Shown: piece by piece, positions 17,682 through 26,336 of the stretch
Layout of the letters: the number at the start of each line of letters is the position of its first letter
Numbering within the stretch: position 1 is the first letter of the stretch
Assembly: GCF_000018785.1 (NCBI RefSeq)
Contig: NC_010163.1
Span: 1,260,001-1,292,000, forward strand
Direction of reading: 5' to 3'
Length of the DNA: 32,000 nucleotides
DNA from: Acholeplasma laidlawii PG-8A
GTDB lineage: Bacteria > Bacillota_I > Bacilli_A > Acholeplasmatales > Acholeplasmataceae
Made by a program: the position numbers and the translations under genes
Notes under the pieces: model-generated
The model's database searches: none
What the model was told of the DNA's origin: nothing
What the model saw: only the letters and a program-made list of their open reading frames with translations

Positions 17682-17710
17682 TTGACAATAAACCTAACAG
17701 TGGTTACAAT
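17682..17710 (+). promoter_or_regulatory. Promoter of the TetR-family gene
   Basis: TTGACA (17682-17687), a 17-nt spacer, then TACAAT (17705-17710), 31 nt upstream of ATG 17742. RBS GGGAGGGG at 17731-17738. The spacer contains TAACAGTGGTTA (inverted TAAC/GTTA arms). Confidence 0.55.
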
Positions 17711-17741
17711 AAAGGTATAACAACGTTCGTGGGAGGGGACT

Positions 17742-18332
17742 ATGACAACCAAACAAAAGATTTATGAAAACGACATAGAATTATTTGCTTTAAACGGATA
17801 CCATAACTTAGGTATGAGAGATCTTGCTAAAAGTGTCGGTATTAGGGCATCTTCTATTTATAACCACTATAAATCCAAAGAAGATATATTAATTGAAATA
17901 GCTCATGAACTTATGACTGAGTTATCAACATATGTCTATCCTCTATATAAGAGAATGGATTTAACACCGAGAGAGTTCTTCCTAAATTTATCTATTGAAA
18001 CAAATAGATTTTTCGAACGTCCACAAATTAATAAGTTAACTAAACTGTTAATTCCACTAGAATTTGAAATACCTAGGTTAAAAGAATTACTACATGTTGA
18101 GTTCATTCAAAAACCTAGAACGGGTTTTAGTTACTACTTCCAAACACTGATGCGTAAAGGTCAAATGATGGAAGCTGATCCAATGCTTGCTGCCAAGATG
18201 TACCATTCATTCTTTGTATATCATTTCTACGAAAAATTCTTAAGCAATGAACCTGATGGTTTTTTAACTAAGTATGAAACATTATTTAGAAATCATATCA
18301 ATTTATTTATGGATTACTTTAAGATACAATAA
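17742..18332 (+). CDS. TetR/AcrR-family transcriptional regulator
   Basis: 196 aa. N-terminal HTH FALNGYHNLGMRDLAKSVGIRASSIYNHYKSKEDIL is typical of TetR_N, followed by an all-helical C-terminal domain. Confidence 0.9.
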   Translation: MTTKQKIYENDIELFALNGYHNLGMRDLAKSVGIRASSIYNHYKSKEDILIEIAHELMTELSTYVYPLYKRMDLTPREFFLNLSIETNRFFERPQINKLTKLLIPLEFEIPRLKELLHVEFIQKPRTGFSYYFQTLMRKGQMMEADPMLAAKMYHSFFVYHFYEKFLSNEPDGFLTKYETLFRNHINLFMDYFKIQ

Positions 18333-18366
18333 ACACCAAGGCATGCGCATGTCTTGGTGTTTTCTT
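18333..18366 (+). terminator. Rho-independent terminator after the TetR gene
   Basis: acaccaaggcatg / catgtcttggtgt stem (one mismatch) immediately after the stop codon, followed by ttttctt. Confidence 0.6.
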
Positions 18367-18400
18367 AATATTTTTGAACTATAGATTTGGGGGAAATCTT

Positions 18401-18775
18401 ATGAATCAAAAACAAATATACTTTATTACAACTGTCTTATCTGTTGTATCCTTATGTCTTTATCTTTTTGCTTTTACTACTTTTGTTATTACAACTACTA
18501 ACTTTAAAGGTATAGAACACTTCATCTACTGGTTAGTCATTCAAGTAACCATCACCTCTGTAAGTTTATATCAATATAAATTAGCAGTTTATGCCAAACC
18601 AACCGCATTTAAAATGTCACTACTTTACTTTTTACCCATCATCATCTATTCTATTTTTCAGGCATTAAATTTAGGGAGTGCAGATATAGATATGGTCTAT
18701 ATCATTATATACACAATCTTATTTTCTTTAATTAGTGTCCTATATTTATATGGTTTTATTAAATATAGACGTTAA
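18401..18775 (+). CDS. Small polytopic membrane protein (about 4 TM helices), family not recognised
   Basis: The track ORF begins at TTG 18374. ATG 18401 is preferred because the RBS GGGGGA lies 6 nt upstream. The 124-aa product is almost entirely hydrophobic helices. A hairpin terminator follows. Confidence 0.65.
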   Translation: MNQKQIYFITTVLSVVSLCLYLFAFTTFVITTTNFKGIEHFIYWLVIQVTITSVSLYQYKLAVYAKPTAFKMSLLYFLPIIIYSIFQALNLGSADIDMVYIIIYTILFSLISVLYLYGFIKYRR

Positions 18776-18786
18776 TATAAAAATAT

Positions 18787-18820
18787 AGACGTTATTCAAT
18801 GGATGAATAACGTCTTTTTT
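18787..18820. terminator. Bidirectional Rho-independent terminator
   Basis: Perfect 12-bp stem agacgttattca (18787-18798) / tgaataacgtct (18804-18815) followed by tttttt. It abuts the asnA stop at 18821 on the other strand. Confidence 0.7.
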
Positions 18821-19822
18821 CTATAGTAATACAACTTTATCTTTACATGCCTCAATGGTTTCATCATCCCAAACGGATGCTTGAACTTCACCAATGTGTG
18901 CTTTTTCTAATAATATGAGACACAATCTACTTTGTCCAATACCTCCACCAATGGTAAGTGGTAGTGTTTCATTCATAATCATTTGATGATATGGATATTT
19001 TAGATCTTCTAATCTATGTTTCATCTCTAACTGTTTTCTTAAACTTGTTTCATCTACACGAATACCCATACTACTAATTTCTATGGCCATATCTAGTGTT
19101 TCATGGTAATACAACAAATCACCATTTAAATCCCAGTCATCATAGTCAGGTGCACGTAAATCGTGTGGCATACCAGATGCTAGGTTATGACCAATACGCA
19201 TGATAAATACGACCTTTTTATCTTTTACGATTTGGTATTCACGTTCTTTACTAGTAAGGTTAGGATATAAGTTTTCTAAGGCTTGACTATCTATAAAAAA
19301 AACTTCATCTGGGGCTTGGTATGTAATCTCTGGATATTTAAGCATGACTGTATTTGAAGTGTTTGCGATAGCTTCTACAATACTTTTTACAGTTTCTTTT
19401 AAATAATCTAGTGTTCTGTCCGTTCTTTCAATCACCTTTTCCCAATCCCATTGGTCTACATAGATAGAATGAATATTATCTAGTGTTTCTTCTTTTCTTA
19501 CTGCGTTCATATCTGTATATAATCCATTACCTACATAAAAATCATTTTGATATAACGCCATACGTTTCCATTTAGCAAGTGAGTGCACAATCTCTGCTTG
19601 TTTATTCATACTTGGTATGACAAACTGTACTGGATTTTCACCATTTAAACCGTCGTTAAGACCCGTTTCAGATAATACAAATAAAGGTGCGGTAACGCGT
19701 TTTAAATTAAGTTCTAATCCTAAATTATGCTGAAAAACATTTTTTATAAATCCGATTGCTGTTTGTGTATCATATAAGTTAAGTTTAGATTTGTAACCAT
19801 CAGGTATGATTGTTTTTGACAT
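18821..19822 (-). CDS. asnA: Aspartate--ammonia ligase (asparagine synthetase A)
   Basis: Start moved to ATG 19822 (RBS AGGGAG). AsnA hallmarks: SIYVDQWDWEKVI, GGGIGQSRLCLILL. Length about 333 aa, as expected. Confidence 0.92.
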   Translation of the reverse strand: MSKTIIPDGYKSKLNLYDTQTAIGFIKNVFQHNLGLELNLKRVTAPLFVLSETGLNDGLNGENPVQFVIPSMNKQAEIVHSLAKWKRMALYQNDFYVGNGLYTDMNAVRKEETLDNIHSIYVDQWDWEKVIERTDRTLDYLKETVKSIVEAIANTSNTVMLKYPEITYQAPDEVFFIDSQALENLYPNLTSKEREYQIVKDKKVVFIMRIGHNLASGMPHDLRAPDYDDWDLNGDLLYYHETLDMAIEISSMGIRVDETSLRKQLEMKHRLEDLKYPYHQMIMNETLPLTIGGGIGQSRLCLILLEKAHIGEVQASVWDDETIEACKDKVVLL

Positions 19823-19850
19823 GTGTATGCTCCCTAAAAGATATGATGTA

Positions 19851-19879
19851 ATAGTATCATAAATAACCCAATATTTCAA
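19851..19879 (-). promoter_or_regulatory. Candidate asnA promoter
   Basis: On the minus strand: TTGAAA (plus 19874-19879), a 17-nt spacer ending in TGA, then TACTAT (plus 19851-19856). Confidence 0.45.
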
Positions 19880-19892
19880 ACAATAACTCATA

Positions 19893-19928
19893 TATAAAAA
19901 TCCACAACGAAATCATTCGTTGTGGATT
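19893..19928 (-). terminator. Rho-independent terminator of the split lipoprotein gene
   Basis: Stem atccacaacga (19900-19910) / tcgttgtggat (19917-19927). On the minus strand it is followed by ttttatatat. It lies 20 nt after the stop at 19947. Confidence 0.65.
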
Positions 19929-19946
19929 GAATACATTTGTTAATAA

Positions 19947-21151
19947 CTACATTAAACCGTCCATGATACCAGCAAATGGTGGATACTCAACGAGTTCAAA
20001 ACCTTCAAGTTCAGTATCACTTGGTAAGGTTAATGGATCGGCATTAAAATCTAGTGTAAATCCTAATTTGTTTAACTTCACAGTTAGTTTCATTAAAACC
20101 GGGAACCCACCACTTTGTTCTTCGTCTAAACTCATGGTAAATCCACTAAAATCACCAGTGATCATCATTTCAATTTTAGTTAATGTCTTAGCACCTTCTA
20201 ATTCACCTTCTAAAATGATTCTAAAATCAAAGTTGAATGCTTTAAATGCTGCTTTCATAGATGTTTTAATATTATTTAGTGTTTCTTGATCACCAAGATC
20301 TTGAAGCTCTGATAACATTGCAACAAATAGTTCATCAATAAGTTCTGCTACTTTATCTTGAGTAATTAAAAACTGAATCGTGTGCACTGTACCTGAACTA
20401 TAGATATTTACATGTGTATCGACCATATCTAACATTTCAGCACGTTCTTCTGCAGTCATTTCAGTATTTACATCAATCATTAAGCTTTGTTGAAGTTCCA
20501 AAATGCTAGCCATTAATTCTAAGTACATCTCTTGAGTAATTTGTCCATCTACTATTTTTTGTTGTACGTTCGCATAAGTTTCAGATTGTGAAGATGCTTC
20601 AACGACTTTGTTATCTTGTTTGAACTCTACATCATATCGACCATTTAATTGATAATACGCATAATCACTACGTGCTAGGAAGAATGTATTTGAAAGTGAT
20701 GCATCGATGGTTGTAACCGTATCAACTACAACTGGTTCTTCACCAATGATGTAGAAGAGTATGTATCATTTAACATGTTAAATTCAAACTTGTTAAATTT
20801 AGAATATACATAAGTATCCGCATTAGATTCACCTACTTCAATATAGTTTGTCATATTAAAATCAGCATCCAATGTCACGGTTGTATTATTTTCCATAGAC
20901 ATACCATCTGATGTAAATGACATCTCATTGGTTAAAGCAAACTCTAAATCAAGGAATGTATCTAATTTAAAATTATTTGTTACCTCATCATTTGAGGTGA
21001 CAACAGTTTGTAGGAATTCTACTTTTTCTTCAGCCGTCATGTCTACTTTTTCGTCATCTTTTAAGTCCGGTAATTTATTGTCACTCGTTGTACAACCAAC
21101 AAGTAATAATAAGATAAGCATAATTATCGAACTAAATATTTTTTTAATCAT
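19947..21151 (-). pseudogene. Lipoprotein gene interrupted by one frame break (or an assembly indel); the intact product would be ~400 aa with no recognisable family
   Basis: The 5' piece (20726..21151) has TATAAT, RBS AAAGGAG and the lipoprotein signal MIKKIFSSIIMLILLLLVGC. The 3' piece is listed from ATG 20528, but its frame stays open for 79 more codons up to TGA at 20766-20768, with no start codon or RBS. The two frames overlap at 20729-20765, and the 3' frame is -1 relative to the 5' frame. Confidence 0.6.
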
Positions 21152-21207
21152 ATTTAAAGCTCCTTTCGGGTTTGAAACTAGAATTTATAGTTTTATTATA
21201 CCTTTTT

Positions 21208-21262
21208 TAAATAAAAAAATGTTGTAGGTACTATATAGAATTATATTTTCCTACAACATTTT
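21208..21262 (-). terminator. Terminator of the LtaS-family gene (long-loop hairpin)
   Basis: aatgttgtagg (21218-21228) pairs with cctacaacatt (21250-21260) across a 21-nt loop. On the minus strand it is followed by tttttatttaaaaaa. Confidence 0.5.
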
Positions 21263-21291
21263 AGTGAACTTATATTCATTTGTATGATCAA

Positions 21292-23409
21292 TTAATCAAT
21301 TGTTAAATACTGTTGAACGTTTTTTGTAATCATTTGATCCATACGCTTTTTAAAGACGATGACATACTCATATACTTCATAAGGATCTATGCTTACCTCT
21401 GATGGGTTTTTATAGTAGAACACATTATCAGGGGTTGCTTCATTGTCGGTTGCTAGATGTTTTGATAATAAGTAATAATCATCTGTAATAATGTCAAAGG
21501 TTCTTGTATCAATTGAAAATGTTCTTTCATTTGATAGTGCATTGACACCATAATAGTATTGATTGGTTGTAACACCAAATAACTCTACAATGGTTCTATA
21601 TAAATCGACTTGACTACGTACTAGTGGTTGTCTACCCTTTATAAGCCCTTTAGGTAATACCGATGTTGTATCGGTATCATCTGGTGCATAGATAAAGGCT
21701 GTTGTTTTTAACATTTCTGTACGATATTCCAGCGGTGTTAAACTTCTACCCAGTATCACTTCTAAATCTCTTTTTGCAATACCAGAACCGTGGTCTGCAT
21801 AGAAAATATAGACTGTATCTTTAAGTGTTTTAGCTACTTCAAAGAATTTTTGATAAAAGTCATTGGTATAGCGTTCATAGTTAATAAATTTTAAGGCGGT
21901 TTGATCGATATTTAATGTATCTTGAGTAAACAGTGGTGTATCGATGTATGGATCATATAAGTAAGGTGTGTGTGGTTGAATCATGATTGGGTATAGGAAA
22001 TAATTTTTACCTAAGTTAGATATTCTTTCTGCCTCCATCATGGTCCAGTCCATTAAGGATAAATCACTAATCCAAGGACTTTTCTCATCCGTTTTAATTA
22101 AGTGGTTTGGATATCTATTTACTGCATTTTTATTTGATGAACGATTATCATCTTCTGCATCATAATAGATATACTCATCAAACTCAAACATGTTTTCATG
22201 TACATTTTGACGATTATAGAATATTGGTACATCGCTATGTAGGGATACTTTTTCATACCCATTAAATAGTTTAGGTAATGCATCAAATACATAAGGTACT
22301 TCATTATAATTCCAGTAGATGGTTGTATCGCCTCTAGGATATAGACCAGTCATAACAGAAAACTCAGCATCTGATGAGTTTCCAATACCTACATTGGTAT
22401 AGAAGTTATCAAGTACATAAGATTCACTTAATAAAGTCTTTAAATTACTAAAGTAGGCATCATCAAAATAAGGATTGTCTGTTTCAAGTAAGAAATGATT
22501 AAATGTCTCCACGTGAATAACAACTACATTTTTATCTTTAAAAATACCATTTAAATTATTATTTTGAAGTAGACTTGGATCTATTTCAACGGTTGGTGCC
22601 TCACTAATATGTAGTGTTTTACCATAACTTTGACCAAAGATATTGGTGTATGTATCTCTATTTTTATTATATGCACTAAATAATGTGCTATCAAATTGTT
22701 CATCATCTGATTTTTCAAGTAAGTTAATACCGAAAAACTCGCCTAAATAGAAGTTATATAAACCAGCAGATTGTACACCATAAAGTGGACGTTCTGCATT
22801 AATCGGCCATTTAGATTCCATCGATACTTTGACAACACCTAAAGTAGATACAGATAATATGAAGCCCATGATAAGTACCATGATCGGTAGCATCGGACCA
22901 TATTTTAATGTGTTTTTTTGACTAAAGGATTTTTTATCCGCTTTATGTTTAGATTTGATCACAAGGTAACATATAGATAAAACAATGGTTGGTATAAAGA
23001 CTAAGATTCTATAATATACAAAGATTTCTCTTAAGGCTTCAACAAATATGGAACCAGCTAAATCGAGGGCAGGATTATAAAACAGTGTCATTTCATAAAT
23101 AGAAAACATTGTAGAGTAGTATTTTGTAAAGATACCTACTGCAAATATACCGACATTTAAACCAAAGGTTATCCAGATAATGTAAAGTAATCTTGTCTTT
23201 TTACTCTTAAACACCAGTAAGCCAATAAATAGTAAAATGGTTAGTGCTGCAATATTACCAATAATTGAGTTTAACTCAATCATAGGGTTACGCTTAAAAG
23301 CGATTAAATAGCGATTTAATACGGCAGTTGTTACAAAGTATGTATTTATGATATTAAGTAAATAATATAGTACTACGACAACAATCGATACTTTAGCTTC
23401 TTTTCTCAA
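21292..23409 (-). CDS. LTA-synthase (LtaS)/sulfatase-family membrane enzyme (alkaline-phosphatase superfamily, polytopic N-terminus)
   Basis: 705 aa with an apparent TTG start at 23409. About 5 N-terminal TM helices are followed by an external domain with VVIHVETFNHF, GIGNSSDAEFSVMTGLYP and YIFYADHGSG, matching the metal and nucleophile motifs of LtaS/MdoB-type enzymes. Confidence 0.85.
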   Translation of the reverse strand: MRKEAKVSIVVVVLYYLLNIINTYFVTTAVLNRYLIAFKRNPMIELNSIIGNIAALTILLFIGLLVFKSKKTRLLYIIWITFGLNVGIFAVGIFTKYYSTMFSIYEMTLFYNPALDLAGSIFVEALREIFVYYRILVFIPTIVLSICYLVIKSKHKADKKSFSQKNTLKYGPMLPIMVLIMGFILSVSTLGVVKVSMESKWPINAERPLYGVQSAGLYNFYLGEFFGINLLEKSDDEQFDSTLFSAYNKNRDTYTNIFGQSYGKTLHISEAPTVEIDPSLLQNNNLNGIFKDKNVVVIHVETFNHFLLETDNPYFDDAYFSNLKTLLSESYVLDNFYTNVGIGNSSDAEFSVMTGLYPRGDTTIYWNYNEVPYVFDALPKLFNGYEKVSLHSDVPIFYNRQNVHENMFEFDEYIYYDAEDDNRSSNKNAVNRYPNHLIKTDEKSPWISDLSLMDWTMMEAERISNLGKNYFLYPIMIQPHTPYLYDPYIDTPLFTQDTLNIDQTALKFINYERYTNDFYQKFFEVAKTLKDTVYIFYADHGSGIAKRDLEVILGRSLTPLEYRTEMLKTTAFIYAPDDTDTTSVLPKGLIKGRQPLVRSQVDLYRTIVELFGVTTNQYYYGVNALSNERTFSIDTRTFDIITDDYYLLSKHLATDNEATPDNVFYYKNPSEVSIDPYEVYEYVIVFKKRMDQMITKNVQQYLTID

Positions 23410-23552
23410 GTTTTACCAACCCTATTTCTTTTATAAGCACTATGATACATGTTCATTATAAATTAATTTATATAAAAGATAATTTATAACACATTTTATT
23501 ATACAATGTTAATCTAGAATTGTCATTCAAAGTTACCATATTCATAAAATAT

Positions 23553-23584
23553 AAACTACTCAAATAAAAATTTTTGAGTAGTTT
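23553..23584 (-). terminator. Hairpin terminator after the VOC-family gene
   Basis: aaactactcaaa (23553-23564) pairs with tttgagtagttt (23573-23584), 12 nt after the stop at 23596. The minus-strand tail is AT-rich with a short T-run. Confidence 0.5.
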
Positions 23585-23595
23585 ATATCATAAGT

Positions 23596-24030
23596 TTAAT
23601 CTATAATTAACATGTCTTGTGCATCAAACTTCCACATCGGTCCATATGCAACTTCCCAATAATAGCCGTCTAAATCTCTAAAATAGCCACTATAGCCACC
23701 CCATGATGTTGTTTGGGGCTTTTTAATGATTACGCCACCATGATGTTTGACAAGTGCCATCAATTCATCTACAGCTTCTTTTGTTTTCATATTACAAGCT
23801 AATGTAATACCGCTAAACCCTGTTGTTTGAATGACCGGTGGATTATTATCATTAATATCTTTAGCAAGCTCCTCTACCGGAAATAATTCTAACTTTGTAC
23901 CATTATTGTTAAAAAAGACAATTGGTGCACCAAATTGGGCATTTGTTTTAAAGCCTAATGCTTTAAAAAATGCTAAAGACTTATCCATATTTTTAACACC
24001 CAAACAAATAAGGTTAATCCGGTTGATCAT
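23596..24030 (-). CDS. VOC (glyoxalase/bleomycin-resistance/dioxygenase fold) family protein
   Basis: 144 aa. INLICLGVKNMDKSLAFFKALGF at the N-terminus and GYSGYFRDLDGYYWEVAYGP at the C-terminus are typical VOC-family motifs. RBS TAGGAG. Confidence 0.85.
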   Translation of the reverse strand: MINRINLICLGVKNMDKSLAFFKALGFKTNAQFGAPIVFFNNNGTKLELFPVEELAKDINDNNPPVIQTTGFSGITLACNMKTKEAVDELMALVKHHGGVIIKKPQTTSWGGYSGYFRDLDGYYWEVAYGPMWKFDAQDMLIID

Positions 24031-24054
24031 ATTTACTCCTAACCTAGTAACTTT

Positions 24055-24618
24055 TTATTTTACTATTTTATGCTTATGAGGAAGCGTTCCTCCAGATAAA
24101 GTAACCACATCATTTTCAGCAATTAAAGCGTGAGGTTCAATTGCTAAAATGCCTTGTTTGAGTTCTAATATATTCTTACGGTGGGTAAATAGCATAAGTA
24201 CTTGAACTTCTGTTTTTAACCCTTTTCCTTGAACGGTTGTTAATCCAATTTTTTTATCTCGAATATATTTCGCTATAATTTCGCTATTTTTGATTGGAAT
24301 GATAATGTTTAACATCACTTTTCCAAACGCCATCTTCTTTTCAACAATAGAACCTGCTATCACACCTACACCATAACCTAATGCATAGACGATACCTAAT
24401 AGTGGTGCAGTTTTTACATCATTAACTACTTGAGAGGCTACGAATACCCAAATTAATACTTCGATAAATGAAACTAATGCGCCCTGAAGTTTAAATCCAC
24501 GGTTTACAATAATAATTCTTACAGTTGAAAGTGTAACTTCAACCACTTTTGCAACAAAGACAAACAACACTGTATACCATGGTGCTGCTAATAAAAAATC
24601 TAAAATAAAATCTATCAT
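24055..24618 (-). CDS. UPF0316/DUF2179-family membrane protein
   Basis: 187 aa. Three N-terminal TM helices plus a C-terminal DUF2179-like alpha/beta domain (GLTTVQGKGLKTEVQVLMLFTHRKN). An upstream extended -10 (TGTTATAAT) and RBS TAGGAG are present. Confidence 0.8.
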   Translation of the reverse strand: MIDFILDFLLAAPWYTVLFVFVAKVVEVTLSTVRIIIVNRGFKLQGALVSFIEVLIWVFVASQVVNDVKTAPLLGIVYALGYGVGVIAGSIVEKKMAFGKVMLNIIIPIKNSEIIAKYIRDKKIGLTTVQGKGLKTEVQVLMLFTHRKNILELKQGILAIEPHALIAENDVVTLSGGTLPHKHKIVK

Positions 24619-24718
24619 GTCTACTCAACTCCTATATAAACTATTATAACAATTAGAAGTTGATTTTTGTTAACCCTTTAAACATAAAGTTGTTTCTTAC
24701 GTAATCCTTACACTTGTC

Positions 24719-25510
24719 TTAGCTTCCAGCACTTTCATATCGCTTTAAACCTCTAGACCAAACGAATAATGAAACCATGAGCATACTTACACTAGCAATC
24801 ATAACATATAGTGTTGTAAGCCATAAGTTACCACCTTTTAAAAGAGCCTCTATGGGTAAAAATATCACTACAGAAAACGGTAAGATATAGGTTAAAACAA
24901 AACGGATTGCACGAGTAAAGATATCAATCGGATATTTTGCAAAATTAGAAAAGTCATAAATCATTGTCATTACTTCAATACTTCTTTTTGTCCAAAAGGA
25001 TAATGAACCAAAAATCAACTTAATAGCAAAGAAGAATAACATTGCAAAAAATGCAACTATTACTAACGCTAAAACATTCATCAGTGTCCATTCTACTGTA
25101 ACTAGTGGTGTAAAAAGCGCTAAGAAGACAATACCAAGTATCAGTTCTCCAATACCTTCTAACTGAATCATTTCAACAACAAGTTGAAATAATGGGTTAA
25201 TAGGCTTTACTAAGTACTTATCTAAAATACCTCTTGTAATACCACCATTAGCGAGTTGCCACACTTGATCAGATAAAATATGATCAAGTGATTTAGGTAT
25301 TAAATAAAACCCATATAAAAAGCCCATCATATTGATATCCCATCCATTTAAAGACGGAATTGCAGATATGGTTAAATACATGGTCGAAAAAATGAGTGCA
25401 TTTTCTAATAAGAAACCTAATATGCCTATAAAAGCATCAAACCTATATGCTAGTCTTGCTTTGATACTTCTAGATACATAATAAGGATATAATCTTAAAT
25501 ATTTTCTCAT
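24719..25510 (-). CDS. ABC-2 family transporter permease (ABC2_membrane_6 / COG3694-COG4587 type)
   Basis: Start moved to ATG 25510, 1 nt after the upstream TGA, with a GGTGG RBS inside the upstream gene. Six hydrophobic helices. It is the third gene after an ABC ATPase and a paralogous permease. Confidence 0.8.
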   Translation of the reverse strand: MRKYLRLYPYYVSRSIKARLAYRFDAFIGILGFLLENALIFSTMYLTISAIPSLNGWDINMMGFLYGFYLIPKSLDHILSDQVWQLANGGITRGILDKYLVKPINPLFQLVVEMIQLEGIGELILGIVFLALFTPLVTVEWTLMNVLALVIVAFFAMLFFFAIKLIFGSLSFWTKRSIEVMTMIYDFSNFAKYPIDIFTRAIRFVLTYILPFSVVIFLPIEALLKGGNLWLTTLYVMIASVSMLMVSLFVWSRGLKRYESAGS

Positions 25511-25511
25511 A

Positions 25512-26336
25512 TCAACCACCAACACTTACTACATGTTTTTTAAGTCTATTAAATGAAAAGTTACATAATACACTTAATATTACTACCCACATCAGTTGTA
25601 TAAGTAGCGTCATTAGAATATCCATATACTCTAATCTACCCAATAAAATCATAATCGGTTTTTCAACCATACTTTGAAATGGTAAGAATCTTAAAACTGC
25701 ATTTAACCAATCTGGGAAAAATGAAGAAGGTAGTAAACTACCAGAGAAAAAGGATAGGATAATATTTTTAATAATCATTAATCCAAATAAAGCATTGGTG
25801 AAAATGGATATTTCACCAATTAAGAAATTCATAGAATCCACAATAACAAATGATAGGACCACACTTACTAAAAATAAAAGTAAGTGCGCTAGCTCTGGAA
25901 AGCCTATACCTAAACTTAAATTTAAAATGACAATAGATACGATAAATAGTGGAATAAACATTAAGATTGCAGTGGATAAGAAGTTACCAAAACTAGATGC
26001 TAATAATCGGTAGCGGTAGTTTATTGGGCGTATTAAACTAATTGCAATATTACCTTCATAAATATCAAAACCGATATTCCAAAATGAAGACGATGAGAAG
26101 ATAAGGGTAGTTGATACACGTGCAAATATTAAGTAAGCAATCATATCTTTAAACGTCATACCATTAATCGTTTCAGTTGGTGAGTTTTGGTAAATGGCTT
26201 GCCATAGATAAAAGAGGATAATTATAGATACTAAGTCGCCTAATAACCATCCAAGTGCACTAAACTTATATGCAAATCCATCCAGTATTCCCGCTTTTGA
26301 AAAAGCGAGATACTTTTTATATTTGTTTATTTTCAT
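25512..26336 (-). CDS. ABC-2 family transporter permease (paralogue of the downstream gene)
   Basis: 274-aa polytopic membrane protein. It overlaps the end of the ATPase gene by 20 nt. Its architecture matches that of the adjacent permease. Confidence 0.8.
   Translation of the reverse strand: MKINKYKKYLAFSKAGILDGFAYKFSALGWLLGDLVSIIILFYLWQAIYQNSPTETINGMTFKDMIAYLIFARVSTTLIFSSSSFWNIGFDIYEGNIAISLIRPINYRYRLLASSFGNFLSTAILMFIPLFIVSIVILNLSLGIGFPELAHLLLFLVSVVLSFVIVDSMNFLIGEISIFTNALFGLMIIKNIILSFFSGSLLPSSFFPDWLNAVLRFLPFQSMVEKPIMILLGRLEYMDILMTLLIQLMWVVILSVLCNFSFNRLKKHVVSVGG

Noticed and set aside
20729-20765. Programmed -1 ribosomal frameshift joining the two lipoprotein ORFs.
   Set aside because: The 37-nt frame-overlap window (sense strand …ACATACTCTTCTACATCATTGGTGAAGAACCAGTTG…) contains no X-XXY-YYZ slippery heptamer and no homopolymer run. 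I see no obvious downstream stimulatory hairpin. An indel (mutation or assembly error) is the simpler explanation.
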